The notes under the pieces were generated by a model. That model searched no databases. It was not told where the DNA came from and saw only the letters and a list, made by a program, of their open reading frames with translations. DNA of 64,000 nt from a virus, in IMG/VR virus record IMGVR_UViG_3300025383_000010, one strand, 5' to 3'. Made by a program: the position numbers and the translations under genes. Positions 19,667 to 29,006 of the stretch are shown piece by piece. Positions within the stretch are counted from its first letter, which is position 1. The number at the start of each line of letters is the position of its first letter.

Positions 19667-21226
19667 TTGGAACAAATTAATCTCTCCGCAGCACATAACC
19701 CAGATTGGGCGTTGTTTCTGCCAGCAGTCTCGTCTTTCTTCATTGCCGGCTTAGGCAAGCAGCGTGAAGGTGAAAACTATTTTGACCCAGCGAGAATCCC
19801 TGCGGCCTTCAACGGTGATGTTGAGAAGTTAAACTTCCTTAATGAGAAGGAAGGATTGTATACGTACAAGTGGGGACTATATTCTGCGGGTCACGCGAAT
19901 CTGGATATTACTAAGGATGACAATAACGAATCTATCATCCGCAAGAGAGATAGACAGAATACTTTTCTGCTAGGAGACTCGGGCGGGTTCCAGATTCTTA
20001 AATGTCAGTGGCCCGCAGATTGGAAAGACCCCAACTGCCCCCGCGCAATGAAGAAGCGTCAACAAGTTCTTACTTGGATGGATGAGTACATGGACTATGG
20101 CATGTGTCTTGATATTCCATCACAGTCACTAACAACTTATCACATTAAGGATAAGAAGACTGGCAAATCTGCACATGGTATCAGCACGATCCAAGAAGCA
20201 ATTACTGCTACTCATATCAATAACGAATACTTCATCCAAAATCGTGATGGTCGCTGCAAGTTCTTAAACGTACTACAGGGTCGCAATCATAAGCAGTCAG
20301 ATGACTGGTATGAAGAAATGAAGAAGTATTGCGATACTAGCATCTACGGTGATCGTGCATTCAATGGCTGGGCGTTCGGTGGTCAGAATAAGATTGACAT
20401 TCACTTGATGCTAAAGCGTTTGGTTGGCATCATTCACGATGGCTTTCTTGAAGAAGGCAAGCATGATCTAATTCACTGTCTTGGTACTAGTATCATGGAA
20501 TATGCTGTTCTCTTTACCGATATTCAAAGAGCAGTTCGTAAGCATCATAATCCAAAGTTCCAAATTACATTTGACTGTGCTAGCCCGTTCTTTGCTGCTG
20601 CTAAGGGTCTTGCTTATAACAATAACACGTTTGAACATGACACTAAGTGGACTTATGCAATGGAAAAGACTGCGGAAGCTAAGAAGTATTCAACTGATAC
20701 CCGCAAGTTCAGTGATGGTGTCTTAGCTGATAATATTCACAAAGTCTTCACTGACAGTCCAGTTACCGATCTAATGGTCATGAAAGACCTTTGCTATCGT
20801 GGTAAGGGCTTTCTTGGTCAGCATGGTAAGGAAACAAAGACTAGCTGGGACACTCTTAGCTATACATTGATTCAGGCTCACAATGTCTATCAGCATATGT
20901 CTGCTGTCCAAGAAGCAAATCGTAGATATGAACAGGGAATCAAACCAAAGATGGTTATGGATCCTCTTGGTCATCTTAACTTTGCTGACATTGTTGATGA
21001 GATTTTCTCATTGAAGGATCGTGAAAAGAGTCTTGCAATGATTGATCAGTACAGCAAGTTTTGGATGCAGATGAAGGCTGGTCAAGGATTCAGTGGCAAG
21101 AAAACTATGAACGCACATACTATGTTTGACCAGTTGTTTAGCATTGATGAACCGGTCAATGATGATCCTGAAATTGATGAAATCATTGAGGATAGTGATG
21201 ATGCAATGGCAGAAGTTCTTGATTGA
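19667..21226 (+). CDS. dpdA: TGT-fold DNA 7-deazaguanine transglycosylase (DpdA-like)
   Basis: LGDSGGFQ, LDIP, NVLQG, IHCLGT and TFDCASP; clustered with folE, queD and queE. Confidence 0.75.
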   Translation: MEQINLSAAHNPDWALFLPAVSSFFIAGLGKQREGENYFDPARIPAAFNGDVEKLNFLNEKEGLYTYKWGLYSAGHANLDITKDDNNESIIRKRDRQNTFLLGDSGGFQILKCQWPADWKDPNCPRAMKKRQQVLTWMDEYMDYGMCLDIPSQSLTTYHIKDKKTGKSAHGISTIQEAITATHINNEYFIQNRDGRCKFLNVLQGRNHKQSDDWYEEMKKYCDTSIYGDRAFNGWAFGGQNKIDIHLMLKRLVGIIHDGFLEEGKHDLIHCLGTSIMEYAVLFTDIQRAVRKHHNPKFQITFDCASPFFAAAKGLAYNNNTFEHDTKWTYAMEKTAEAKKYSTDTRKFSDGVLADNIHKVFTDSPVTDLMVMKDLCYRGKGFLGQHGKETKTSWDTLSYTLIQAHNVYQHMSAVQEANRRYEQGIKPKMVMDPLGHLNFADIVDEIFSLKDREKSLAMIDQYSKFWMQMKAGQGFSGKKTMNAHTMFDQLFSIDEPVNDDPEIDEIIEDSDDAMAEVLD

Positions 21227-21273
21227 CCAAAACATTTGCGTTTATAACAACAAAGTGATAAAGTAAAAACATA

Positions 21274-21735
21274 ATGACTATTGAAACATATATCTTGCAG
21301 ACTCAGGCTGATACTCGCAATAGAATCAATAACGCTGCAAAGCGTATGATTTGGGTTACGTTTCAGCGTGAAGGCATTCACATGTATCCCGGTGCAGACA
21401 CCGACAAGAGCTTGGCAACTGGCGACGAATATGACGTTAGTTTCCTAGGATACCCGCATCGTCACATCTTTCATTTCAAGGTGGCGATTCAGGTAACACA
21501 CAATGACCGTGACATTGAGTTTATTCAGTTCAAACGATGGCTAGAGAATAGCTTTAAGGATGGAGTGATGCAGCTTGATCATAAGTCTTGTGAAATGATT
21601 TGTGATGATCTATATCAGTTTATCGCAAGTCGCTACCCCAACCGTGACATTGAAATCACTGTCAGTGAAGATGGTGAGAACGGTGCCACAATTTACTACA
21701 ACACAACTAAACCTTATCAATCACTAACCATTTAA
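21274..21735 (+). CDS. QueD/PTPS-like T-fold protein (His-bearing copy)
   Basis: EGIH..PHRHIFH, DRDIEFI, SCE and SEDGENGA. Confidence 0.7.
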   Translation: MTIETYILQTQADTRNRINNAAKRMIWVTFQREGIHMYPGADTDKSLATGDEYDVSFLGYPHRHIFHFKVAIQVTHNDRDIEFIQFKRWLENSFKDGVMQLDHKSCEMICDDLYQFIASRYPNRDIEITVSEDGENGATIYYNTTKPYQSLTI

Positions 21736-21745
21736 GGAAAATAAA

Positions 21746-21973
21746 ATGGCAAAGAATACCACTAAGTCTAACGCTCGGGTCAATCAGATTTTTGAAGACC
21801 TTGACAAGTATCGCAACTTCTGCCGTGACTACGGTTATCGTTTTGACGAAGCCGAACTTTACAATAGCAGAAGCTATGTTTATCGTCAGTTCCAGAAGTT
21901 TGTCATTGGCAAGCCAGTGAAGAATCAGTGGGAAATTGACTTGGCTCGTTTCAAGGAACAGGGCCGAGGCTAA
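21746..21973 (+). CDS. Hypothetical protein
   Basis: AAGGA RBS; 75 aa; inside the modification operon. Confidence 0.65.
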   Translation: MAKNTTKSNARVNQIFEDLDKYRNFCRDYGYRFDEAELYNSRSYVYRQFQKFVIGKPVKNQWEIDLARFKEQGRG

Positions 21974-21994
21974 TATAATACAGAACGGGGACAT

Positions 21995-23173
21995 ATGAGA
22001 AAACTATTCTACATGGGCTTAGAAGCCTATAACGCAAGGTACACTCTACAGCTTACAGAGTGGAACAAGCGCGTCTTTGATCGGCGCGGGATTGATGTCG
22101 TGTATGTCCCCGGTCTGACTCTTGATAATAGCCAAAAGATTGTAACTGGTCAGGTGCTTGATGCACATGGTCGTTCATACTTTGGCATGAGTCAAATGAT
22201 GAACCTTGTTAAGATGATGCAGCAAGGTGAGGTAACGAGCGAAGACGTAATCTACTTTGAAGATATGTTCCAGCCGGGCTTTGAATCATTGCCCTATATC
22301 ATTGACCAGCTTCCCGAAGATAAGCAGCCGAAAATCTTTGTGCGCTGCCTTGCACAGACAATTGACCCCGATGACTTTGTTCATGTGTGGGGAATGGATC
22401 GCTGGATGAGAGCATATGAACAGATGGTATGCTCTAGTGTATCAGGTGTTCTCGCAACTAACGAAGAAATGGTTGCACACATGAAGGTTGCAGGATGGGA
22501 CGTTCCTATCTACAATATTTCAGGTCTTGCATTCGGTAAGGATGAAGTGACTGAAAGAGTAGACAACTATATTACTCCATTTAGTTCACGTAGATTGCGT
22601 GTTGTATTCAGTGCCCGTTGGGATCAAGAGAAGCAACCTGACTTCTACATGGACTTGATTGATGTATGGCATGAACGCTATCCTAGCAAGGATGTTGAGT
22701 TTGTTGTTTGCAGCGGCGGTGAACTAAAGAGCAACAACGATAGCTACATGGCTCGCACTCGCAAGATGGTCGAAGATGGCAAGTTAATCATCTATGATAA
22801 TCTTGACAAGAACAAGTATTACGAGATTGTCAACAACAGTCGCGTAGTGTTCAACTGTGCATTGCAAGATTGGGTATCTAATACTGTAAGTGAAGCTGAT
22901 GCACTCGGTTGCAATGTTCTATACCCTGCGTATCGTAGCTTCCCCGAAACATTTGCAAATGACCATGAGCGTATGTATATCCCTTGGTCTATTGATGATG
23001 CTATTGCTAAGCTAGATGTATTGTTGAAGAAGCCGCATCCTAATATGGGCAACATCAGCGATTGGACTGATGGCACTATTGATCGTATCTGTGACATTCT
23101 TGAAGGCAAGGGTCAGAAGTATCTGCGCGACAGTGCTGACTACAGAAAACATACTCGTGAAGCGAAGTATTGA
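21995..23173 (+). CDS. GT-B glycosyltransferase 1
   Basis: FSARWDQEKQPD, EADALGC and YRSFPE (GT4-like C-domain). Confidence 0.8.
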   Translation: MRKLFYMGLEAYNARYTLQLTEWNKRVFDRRGIDVVYVPGLTLDNSQKIVTGQVLDAHGRSYFGMSQMMNLVKMMQQGEVTSEDVIYFEDMFQPGFESLPYIIDQLPEDKQPKIFVRCLAQTIDPDDFVHVWGMDRWMRAYEQMVCSSVSGVLATNEEMVAHMKVAGWDVPIYNISGLAFGKDEVTERVDNYITPFSSRRLRVVFSARWDQEKQPDFYMDLIDVWHERYPSKDVEFVVCSGGELKSNNDSYMARTRKMVEDGKLIIYDNLDKNKYYEIVNNSRVVFNCALQDWVSNTVSEADALGCNVLYPAYRSFPETFANDHERMYIPWSIDDAIAKLDVLLKKPHPNMGNISDWTDGTIDRICDILEGKGQKYLRDSADYRKHTREAKY

Positions 23174-23424
23174 TGCATATCAATACGATAGATGAACAGG
23201 TTCAGCATATTATGTTGAAGTATCTATATGATGTTGCTGATGATTTTACCTGTATGCGATTAATGATGGAACTGCTTCCGATTGTCGGCGAAAGAGCAGG
23301 TTTGTTGGTATTAGCAGAATCCAAGACTGACTCGCTTGAGGTATCATTTACCAACAACACAACCGGATTGCTCAATAAGTTTATCCTAGCAAACGGGCAG
23401 GTGAAGGACAAAACTAAAGAATAA
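23173..23424 (+). CDS. Hypothetical protein
   Basis: TGATG-coupled ORF. Confidence 0.5.
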   Translation: MHINTIDEQVQHIMLKYLYDVADDFTCMRLMMELLPIVGERAGLLVLAESKTDSLEVSFTNNTTGLLNKFILANGQVKDKTKE

Positions 23425-23439
23425 AAGTACATATCTAAG

Positions 23440-23510
23440 ATAAATAATGTTGTTACAGGCGGTAACAACATTGAAGCATATGCTTCCGTTGAGCATTAAC
23501 GATAGATGCT
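23440..23510 (+). promoter_or_regulatory. TAAATA plus structured leader (11-bp hairpin and palindrome) before a homing endonuclease and folE
   Basis: AATGTTGTTAC (23446-56) pairs with GTAACAACATT (23462-72); palindrome GAAGCATATGCTTC at 23473-86. Confidence 0.55.
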
Positions 23511-23522
23511 TTGGAGAGAGAT

Positions 23523-24200
23523 ATGTATAAACTATACAAAATAACCAATTCGGTTAATAACAAGCTATATATCGGTATAACTAAACTGAAGATTGAGCAA
23601 CGATGGTCTCAACATGTAAAAGATTCCGAAAATCCTGAATATCCCCTGCACCGAGCGATAAAGAAATACGGAGCGGATAGTTTTGCGGTTGAACTACTAG
23701 AAGAATCGGATGATCGGAACTATATCAGTGAGTTAGAAGAACCCACTATTCAAAAATACAACAGCAGAAAAGATGGATACAACGTTGCTAAAGGGGGTTA
23801 CGGAGGGGACCTCGGTCCAGAAGCCAATCGGAAACGAAGCACTACCTTATTAAATCGTCCCGAAGATGTTAAAAAGCACTATTCTGATATGCAGCGCAGC
23901 CGGCGGCTAGGTAAAACCAAAGACAATGATCAAGGTAGGAAGGCCCAATCCGAAAAGATAAAAGGCAACGCCTTTGCTCAAGGGCTAACACATTCGCTCG
24001 AAACCAAACAAATAATAAGCGAAGCTAATAAGGGTCCAAAGTCCCAAAAGACTAGACAAAAGATGAGCGAAAGTGCTATACTTAATAATAACGGAGCAAG
24101 ATTTGAGAGACACAACAGTTGTTGTCTCTGTTGCCGCCGAGAGTTTAATAAGGGCAACCTAGTACAACATTTAAGAAGGATGAATAAGAATGAGCTTTAA
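23523..24200 (+). CDS. Free-standing GIY-YIG homing endonuclease (Seg-like, NUMOD3)
   Basis: LYKITNSVNNKLYIGIT, RWSQH, GYN and HSLETKQIISEA. Confidence 0.85.
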   Translation: MYKLYKITNSVNNKLYIGITKLKIEQRWSQHVKDSENPEYPLHRAIKKYGADSFAVELLEESDDRNYISELEEPTIQKYNSRKDGYNVAKGGYGGDLGPEANRKRSTTLLNRPEDVKKHYSDMQRSRRLGKTKDNDQGRKAQSEKIKGNAFAQGLTHSLETKQIISEANKGPKSQKTRQKMSESAILNNNGARFERHNSCCLCCRREFNKGNLVQHLRRMNKNEL

Positions 24201-24867
24201 TAAGAGTAAGTGTGATCCGGCGTTAGGTCAACAAGTTCACGAATATCTCGTAAAGATGGGAGTTGAAACACCGACAGTTGACAATGGACTGAGCCGTACT
24301 GATAAGATTGAAATCATTGAGCGTAAGTTTAAGGATATTATGGAGACTCTCGGGCTTGACCTAACTGATGATAGCTTAGAGGAAACCCCGAAGCGGGTCG
24401 CTAAAATGTATGTAGGAGAAATCTTTTGGGGACTTGACTATGAAGCATTCCCCAAGTGTACAACTGTTGCGAACAAGATGGGCTATGATGAAATGGTCGT
24501 TGAACGCAACGTGAATGTACAAAGTAATTGTGAACATCATTTTGTAATCATTGACGGTCTTGCTACTGTTGCTTATGTTCCCAACGAAAAGGTTCTTGGT
24601 CTCTCAAAGATCAATCGTATCGTTGAGTACTTTGCAAAGCGTCCTCAGATTCAAGAGCGACTAACTGAGCAGGTATTCCACACTCTTTGCTATATCCTTG
24701 AAACTGACAATGTTGCAGTTATGATTGATGCACAGCACTATTGCGTTAAGAGTCGCGGTGTTGAAGATACTGGTTCGTCAACTGTGACTTGTAAGCTCGG
24801 TGGTGGATTCAAGACTGATCCTGCAGCAAGAGCAGAGTTTCTTAGCATCGCACGAATGGGCAAGTGA
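24190..24867 (+). CDS. folE: GTP cyclohydrolase I
   Basis: ETPKRVAKM, CEHHF, GLSKINR, RPQIQERLT and HYCVKSRG. Confidence 0.95.
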   Translation: MSFNKSKCDPALGQQVHEYLVKMGVETPTVDNGLSRTDKIEIIERKFKDIMETLGLDLTDDSLEETPKRVAKMYVGEIFWGLDYEAFPKCTTVANKMGYDEMVVERNVNVQSNCEHHFVIIDGLATVAYVPNEKVLGLSKINRIVEYFAKRPQIQERLTEQVFHTLCYILETDNVAVMIDAQHYCVKSRGVEDTGSSTVTCKLGGGFKTDPAARAEFLSIARMGK

Positions 24868-25121
24868 AATACAAGTTTATCGTGACTCCTGAGGAACTTC
24901 TTAACAAAGTAGGTCCGGTTAATTGGGTTAATTGGTTTAGAGAGCCTAGTGGCTCAGAGGAGACTAACCGATACCGATGGGCTATGGAACAAATGCAGTC
25001 GCACTTCCCGGGAAAGTATGATTTAGAAGAAGCATACGATCCCGTGTCAATGACATTCAAGTATCGCTTGAAGTTCCTCACAGAAGCAGATGAAATGTGG
25101 TTTAAACTTAAATATGAATGA
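24864..25121 (+). CDS. Small protein, WFxL(R/K)-family member
   Basis: Ends FLTEADEMWFKLKYE; GTGA-coupled to folE. Confidence 0.65.
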   Translation: MKYKFIVTPEELLNKVGPVNWVNWFREPSGSEETNRYRWAMEQMQSHFPGKYDLEEAYDPVSMTFKYRLKFLTEADEMWFKLKYE

Positions 25122-25302
25122 CGATATCATTCATACCTACAAGATTCAAATTAAGATCAATCCCAATTCGGTTAATTTGAGTCAGCAATGGTTGAATGAA
25201 AACTGTAAGGGCACGTGGTCTATCGGAAAGAACATAGATAGCTACGACCTGCACTTTGAGTACGAGGAAGACGCTCTGTTAACTTGGTGGAAATGGGGAT
25301 GA
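25114..25302 (+). CDS. Small protein, WFxLRW-family member
   Basis: WLNENCKG..FEYEEDALLTWWKWG. Confidence 0.6.
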   Translation: MNDDIIHTYKIQIKINPNSVNLSQQWLNENCKGTWSIGKNIDSYDLHFEYEEDALLTWWKWG

Positions 25303-25625
25303 CTGACAAATATCTTAAAATTATCGAAGCCATGCGTAAACAAACCGAAGAACGTATGCAGTGGCCTGTTGAAAAACTGCGAGAATGGATTCGTCAGGTA
25401 CATGGTCCTGAAATGCGGGAACTTGTAGGTGAAGAAGCAGAGCAAATGCTCATTGTTCTTAAATTAGTGGGACATTACTCTGATTCCAATAATCAAAGAA
25501 CTCATACCTATTTCTACGAACATGCCGGCAAAGAATACAGAGTAACATATGGAATAGGGGGCGAACCCTTAGTAGAGGAAGTGGTTTATGATATCTGCCC
25601 AGATAACAATCAAAGCAGTAGATGA
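25299..25625 (+). CDS. Hypothetical protein
   Basis: ATGA-coupled ORF. Confidence 0.55.
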   Translation: MTDKYLKIIEAMRKQTEERMQWPVEKLREWIRQVHGPEMRELVGEEAEQMLIVLKLVGHYSDSNNQRTHTYFYEHAGKEYRVTYGIGGEPLVEEVVYDICPDNNQSSR

Positions 25626-25794
25626 TGTTATTCCTATTATTGACTGGTGTGAAAAGAATATCGGTACTAAAGCTCCCTTTAAGGATTGCGTAGACACCGA
25701 AAGACCGTGGGTATGGGATGCCGCTTATGGTACAATGACATATTATTTTGCTAACGAAGGAGATGCAAGTTGGTTCGCATTGAGGTGGCTTTAA
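25588..25794 (+). CDS. Small protein, WFxLRW-family member
   Basis: WCEKNIG..FANEGDASWFALRWL; ends TTGAGGTGGCTTTAA. Confidence 0.7.
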   Translation: MISAQITIKAVDDVIPIIDWCEKNIGTKAPFKDCVDTERPWVWDAAYGTMTYYFANEGDASWFALRWL

Positions 25795-25852
25795 CAAACT
25801 TTTGATATAAAACACGCAGGCGGTGATAAATACTTTATACGAGGAGTCACCG

Positions 25853-26572
25853 ATGAGCAAGCGATTAACCAAAGACGAGTTTGTTAGTAGAGCAGTTGAA
25901 GTACATCAAGGCAAATATACTTATGATAATGTAGAATATAAGGCTATGCTAGAAAAGGTAAGCATCACTTGTCCTATTCATGGTGATTGGATGCAGAAGC
26001 CGGCTGATCATTTAGGAAAACACGGATGCCCGAAATGTAAAGCTGACAAGGCCGGGGGCAAGTGGGATGACATTAAAGTTCTGTTTGAACAAGTTCATGG
26101 TTCCTATTATTCATACGATGAATCTACCTTTACTAGAATATCTGTGAAGATGAAGATGTTTTGCCCTGATCACGGTGAGTTTTGGCAGAAGCCAGAGCTT
26201 CATAAAAACGGTTCCGGGTGCAAACTATGCACTGCGAGTAGTGGTCCTGGAAAGTATTGTGAATCTGTGTTTGCTAAGAAACCCGAACTCAAAGAAACTC
26301 CCGGAGTTTTATACTTTATAGAACTAAATGATACCGATGGTACTAAGTTCTATAAAGTAGGAATCACTATGAATATGCGTACTAGGTATTATGACTTTAT
26401 TACTCGCAATGGAGGCAGGATTTGTTGGACTAAAGAATCTAATCTGTATGATTGTTTCCAACAAGAACAAGCTATTCTTAAAGAATACGCAGACTTTAGT
26501 TATTATCCGGAACTAGCAATGGCAGGTAAAACAGAATGTTTATCAAAGGAGATTGAATATGATATTCAATAA
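25853..26572 (+). CDS. Putative homing endonuclease: CPxHG zinc-ribbon repeats plus GIY-YIG/T5orf172-like C-domain
   Basis: CPIHG..GCPKC and CPDHG..GCKLC repeats; LYFIEL..YKVGIT..R; GKTEC. Confidence 0.7.
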   Translation: MSKRLTKDEFVSRAVEVHQGKYTYDNVEYKAMLEKVSITCPIHGDWMQKPADHLGKHGCPKCKADKAGGKWDDIKVLFEQVHGSYYSYDESTFTRISVKMKMFCPDHGEFWQKPELHKNGSGCKLCTASSGPGKYCESVFAKKPELKETPGVLYFIELNDTDGTKFYKVGITMNMRTRYYDFITRNGGRICWTKESNLYDCFQQEQAILKEYADFSYYPELAMAGKTECLSKEIEYDIQ

Positions 26573-27017
26573 GATTAAAGAACTTAAAGAGCAAGGAAAG
26601 CGGATAGGGATAACATTTAGCGCATGGGACCTACTTCATGCCGGACACATCGCCATGCTTGCCGAAGCCAAAAATCACTGTGACTATCTGATTGCCGGGC
26701 TACAGACTGATCCAACCATTGATCGCCCAGATACAAAGAACAAGCCTGTCCAGTCAATCGTTGAACGTCAAATCCAACTTAGTGCATGTCGCTTTGTTGA
26801 CGAGATTGTGGTTTACGAAACGGAAAAAGATTTGGTAGATTTACTCTTGACATTGCCCCTAGATTGTCGTATATTGGGTGTAGAGTATGAAACTACAGAC
26901 TTTACTGGTCGCAAAGAATGTGAGCATCGTAATATTGAGTTAATCTTTAACAGCCGCGATCATAGCTTTAGTTCAAGTATTCTTCGTAAACGTGTAGCAC
27001 AAGCAGAAGGAAAGTAA
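26559..27017 (+). CDS. Cytidylyltransferase (TagD/glycerol-3-phosphate CTase-like)
   Basis: DLLHAGH (HxGH), GLQTDP and RDHSFSSS. Confidence 0.85.
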   Translation: MIFNKIKELKEQGKRIGITFSAWDLLHAGHIAMLAEAKNHCDYLIAGLQTDPTIDRPDTKNKPVQSIVERQIQLSACRFVDEIVVYETEKDLVDLLLTLPLDCRILGVEYETTDFTGRKECEHRNIELIFNSRDHSFSSSILRKRVAQAEGK

Positions 27018-27018
27018 C

Positions 27019-27234
27019 ATGGAACCTAAGGACCCTAACAAGAAGTTTAATGACCTATTCAAGAACCTGAACTTTTCGTTCACCGTTCCTGTCGGATTCT
27101 ATAACTTCAATCAGAAGCATGAAACTCCTGAGGAAATGATTGCTCGTCTGGACGAGGTTGATGCAGTTGTTGATGCTATGGATAGCTATCCAACTGCAAA
27201 GAAAATGCTTGACAAACTGTATGGAAAGTTGTAA
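27019..27234 (+). CDS. Hypothetical protein
   Basis: AAGGA RBS; 71 aa. Confidence 0.55.
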   Translation: MEPKDPNKKFNDLFKNLNFSFTVPVGFYNFNQKHETPEEMIARLDEVDAVVDAMDSYPTAKKMLDKLYGKL

Positions 27235-27439
27235 GTTAGACTTACACGGCGTTAAGCATCAAGATGTTGATGCGTTAGTGGAGAACTTTGTTCTGATGAA
27301 TCAGAACAGTTTTCCACTCACCGTCATTTGTGGCAACAGCGTAAAAATGGTTAAACTAACCGAACAAGTACTAAATAGGATTGGATGCGAATACAAGATG
27401 TATCGCTTCGGTGTAATTACAATAGGAAGATTTAAATAA
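27221..27439 (+). CDS. Minimal Smr-like domain protein
   Basis: KLDLHG..LTVICGNS. Confidence 0.6.
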   Translation: MESCKLDLHGVKHQDVDALVENFVLMNQNSFPLTVICGNSVKMVKLTEQVLNRIGCEYKMYRFGVITIGRFK

Positions 27440-27672
27440 TGGTTAACCGCGATAAAGATTGGTGGGTAAAGAGAGCCGCAAATGAGCCGGATGATGCTAA
27501 TGTCGGGGCTGGCTGCGAACCTCCTTATGAAGCAGTTCCAGCATCACGAGCAGGAATGGTTTTACTAAGCATTCGTGCTAAGTTTGCCTGGGTGTGGAGA
27601 ATAGGTTTGATTAAAAGAACAACAGCGTTTCGTTGGGAAATGGACCGCTTTTTGGGGCAGTGGAGCAAATAA
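27439..27672 (+). CDS. Hypothetical protein
   Basis: TAATG-coupled ORF. Confidence 0.45.
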   Translation: MVNRDKDWWVKRAANEPDDANVGAGCEPPYEAVPASRAGMVLLSIRAKFAWVWRIGLIKRTTAFRWEMDRFLGQWSK

Positions 27673-27785
27673 TGCTTCACTTAGCCTTACACCTGTCACC
27701 GTGAACTACACACTTTTATTTATCTTTTTGATTGACAAACTATCCTAAATAGTATATAGTAAGACTTTAATATAGGAGAATACAG

Positions 27786-28244
27786 ATGGCCCTCATGCTG
27801 TCATATGGCATGAACACTAACATTGCACAGATGGCTTCGCGCTGTCCTAATGCCATTAGTATTGGCCGTGTTGATATCCCCAACTATCGTCTCGTATTCC
27901 GAGGTGTTGCGGATATTGAAGAAAGCTATGGCGATACGTTACAGTGTGTTCTTTGGGACATCACTGAGAATTGTGAAAAGGCGCTGGATATCCTTGAGGG
28001 CTTCCCAGACTTTTATGGCAAGGAATATATTGACGTAACTTTTGGGAAAAAGACGTATACCGCAATGATCTATAAGATGATCGGTAGTGATCTTGGTTAC
28101 TCTATCCCGAGCAGTTACTATCAAGAAATGCTAGAAGACGGTTATGCTGATCATGGTCTAGATGTACAGCAAATCTATGAAGCAGAAGGTTTTTGTGAAG
28201 TAGAAGATACACTAGACTGGATTAACCGTCGCTATGCGTACTAA
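27786..28244 (+). CDS. Gamma-glutamylcyclotransferase (AIG2-like)
   Basis: YGMNTN..QMASRCP, YRLVFRG, LDILEG and PSSYY. Confidence 0.85.
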   Translation: MALMLSYGMNTNIAQMASRCPNAISIGRVDIPNYRLVFRGVADIEESYGDTLQCVLWDITENCEKALDILEGFPDFYGKEYIDVTFGKKTYTAMIYKMIGSDLGYSIPSSYYQEMLEDGYADHGLDVQQIYEAEGFCEVEDTLDWINRRYAY

Positions 28245-28304
28245 AGTGGTCTTTGATACTCACCCCACTATAAACATTCTGCGTGTCATCTAAGGAGAAA
28301 AAGA
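28245..28304 (+). ncRNA. Candidate preQ1-I-like riboswitch (H-type pseudoknot) upstream of queD
   Basis: P1 AGTGG (28245-49)/CCACT (28265-69); loop ends CACC; ATAAAC tail; loop TGATAC (28254-59) can pair with GTGTCA (28283-88) next to RBS AAGGAG (28292-97). Confidence 0.5.
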
Positions 28305-28847
28305 ATGTCTTTTATTGATGATGCAACTAAGAAATATAAGTTAGAAACACGACCGCAGATGTCGTACAAGTATACCAGCACTAAGGAGTGGCATGACGCA
28401 TTCCCGTGTGCATATCGTCAGTGGCGAGCCGATAGCCACTGTAATCAGATTCATGGTTACAGTTTCACTATCAAGGTATACTTTGGTGCCGACACGTTAG
28501 ACGCACGTAATTGGTGTGCAGACTACGGCGGCTTGAAGGACCTTAAGGGTATTCTTGAGGATCAGTTTGATCATACCCTTCTTGTAGCAGAAGACGATCC
28601 GGATATGGATGTGTTCAAATTGTTGCAAGAACGTGGTATGGCTAAGTTGACTATCATCCCTGCAACTGGGTGTGAAGCACTTGCCGACATGATCTATAAC
28701 TTCATCAACGGTGTTTACATTCCAGACCATTGGGGTGCAGGTGAAGCCGATCGTCTTTGGTGCTATCGCGTTGAAGTTCGTGAAACACAGAGCAACATGG
28801 CTTTCCGTGAAGGTCATCGTGAATGGCATGAGGATTTGCTGGGATGA
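28305..28847 (+). CDS. queD: QueD-like 6-carboxytetrahydropterin synthase (Cys-bearing copy)
   Basis: CAYRQWRADSHCNQIHGY, DYGGLK, FDHT, GCE and VEVRET..N.A. Confidence 0.8.
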   Translation: MSFIDDATKKYKLETRPQMSYKYTSTKEWHDAFPCAYRQWRADSHCNQIHGYSFTIKVYFGADTLDARNWCADYGGLKDLKGILEDQFDHTLLVAEDDPDMDVFKLLQERGMAKLTIIPATGCEALADMIYNFINGVYIPDHWGAGEADRLWCYRVEVRETQSNMAFREGHREWHEDLLG

Positions 28848-29006
28848 TTGAATGTTCTTGTGAAGAGGTTTGCTTTCGCTGGGGCAAAAATAGTGATGGA
28901 TCAGGTGGATTCTTCTGTCCACGCAACCCATATGATGATACTAAATGCAAGCAGCTTCTTTACGGAAACATGAGGCCGACCATCATGCACAAGGATACAG
29001 TAGATA

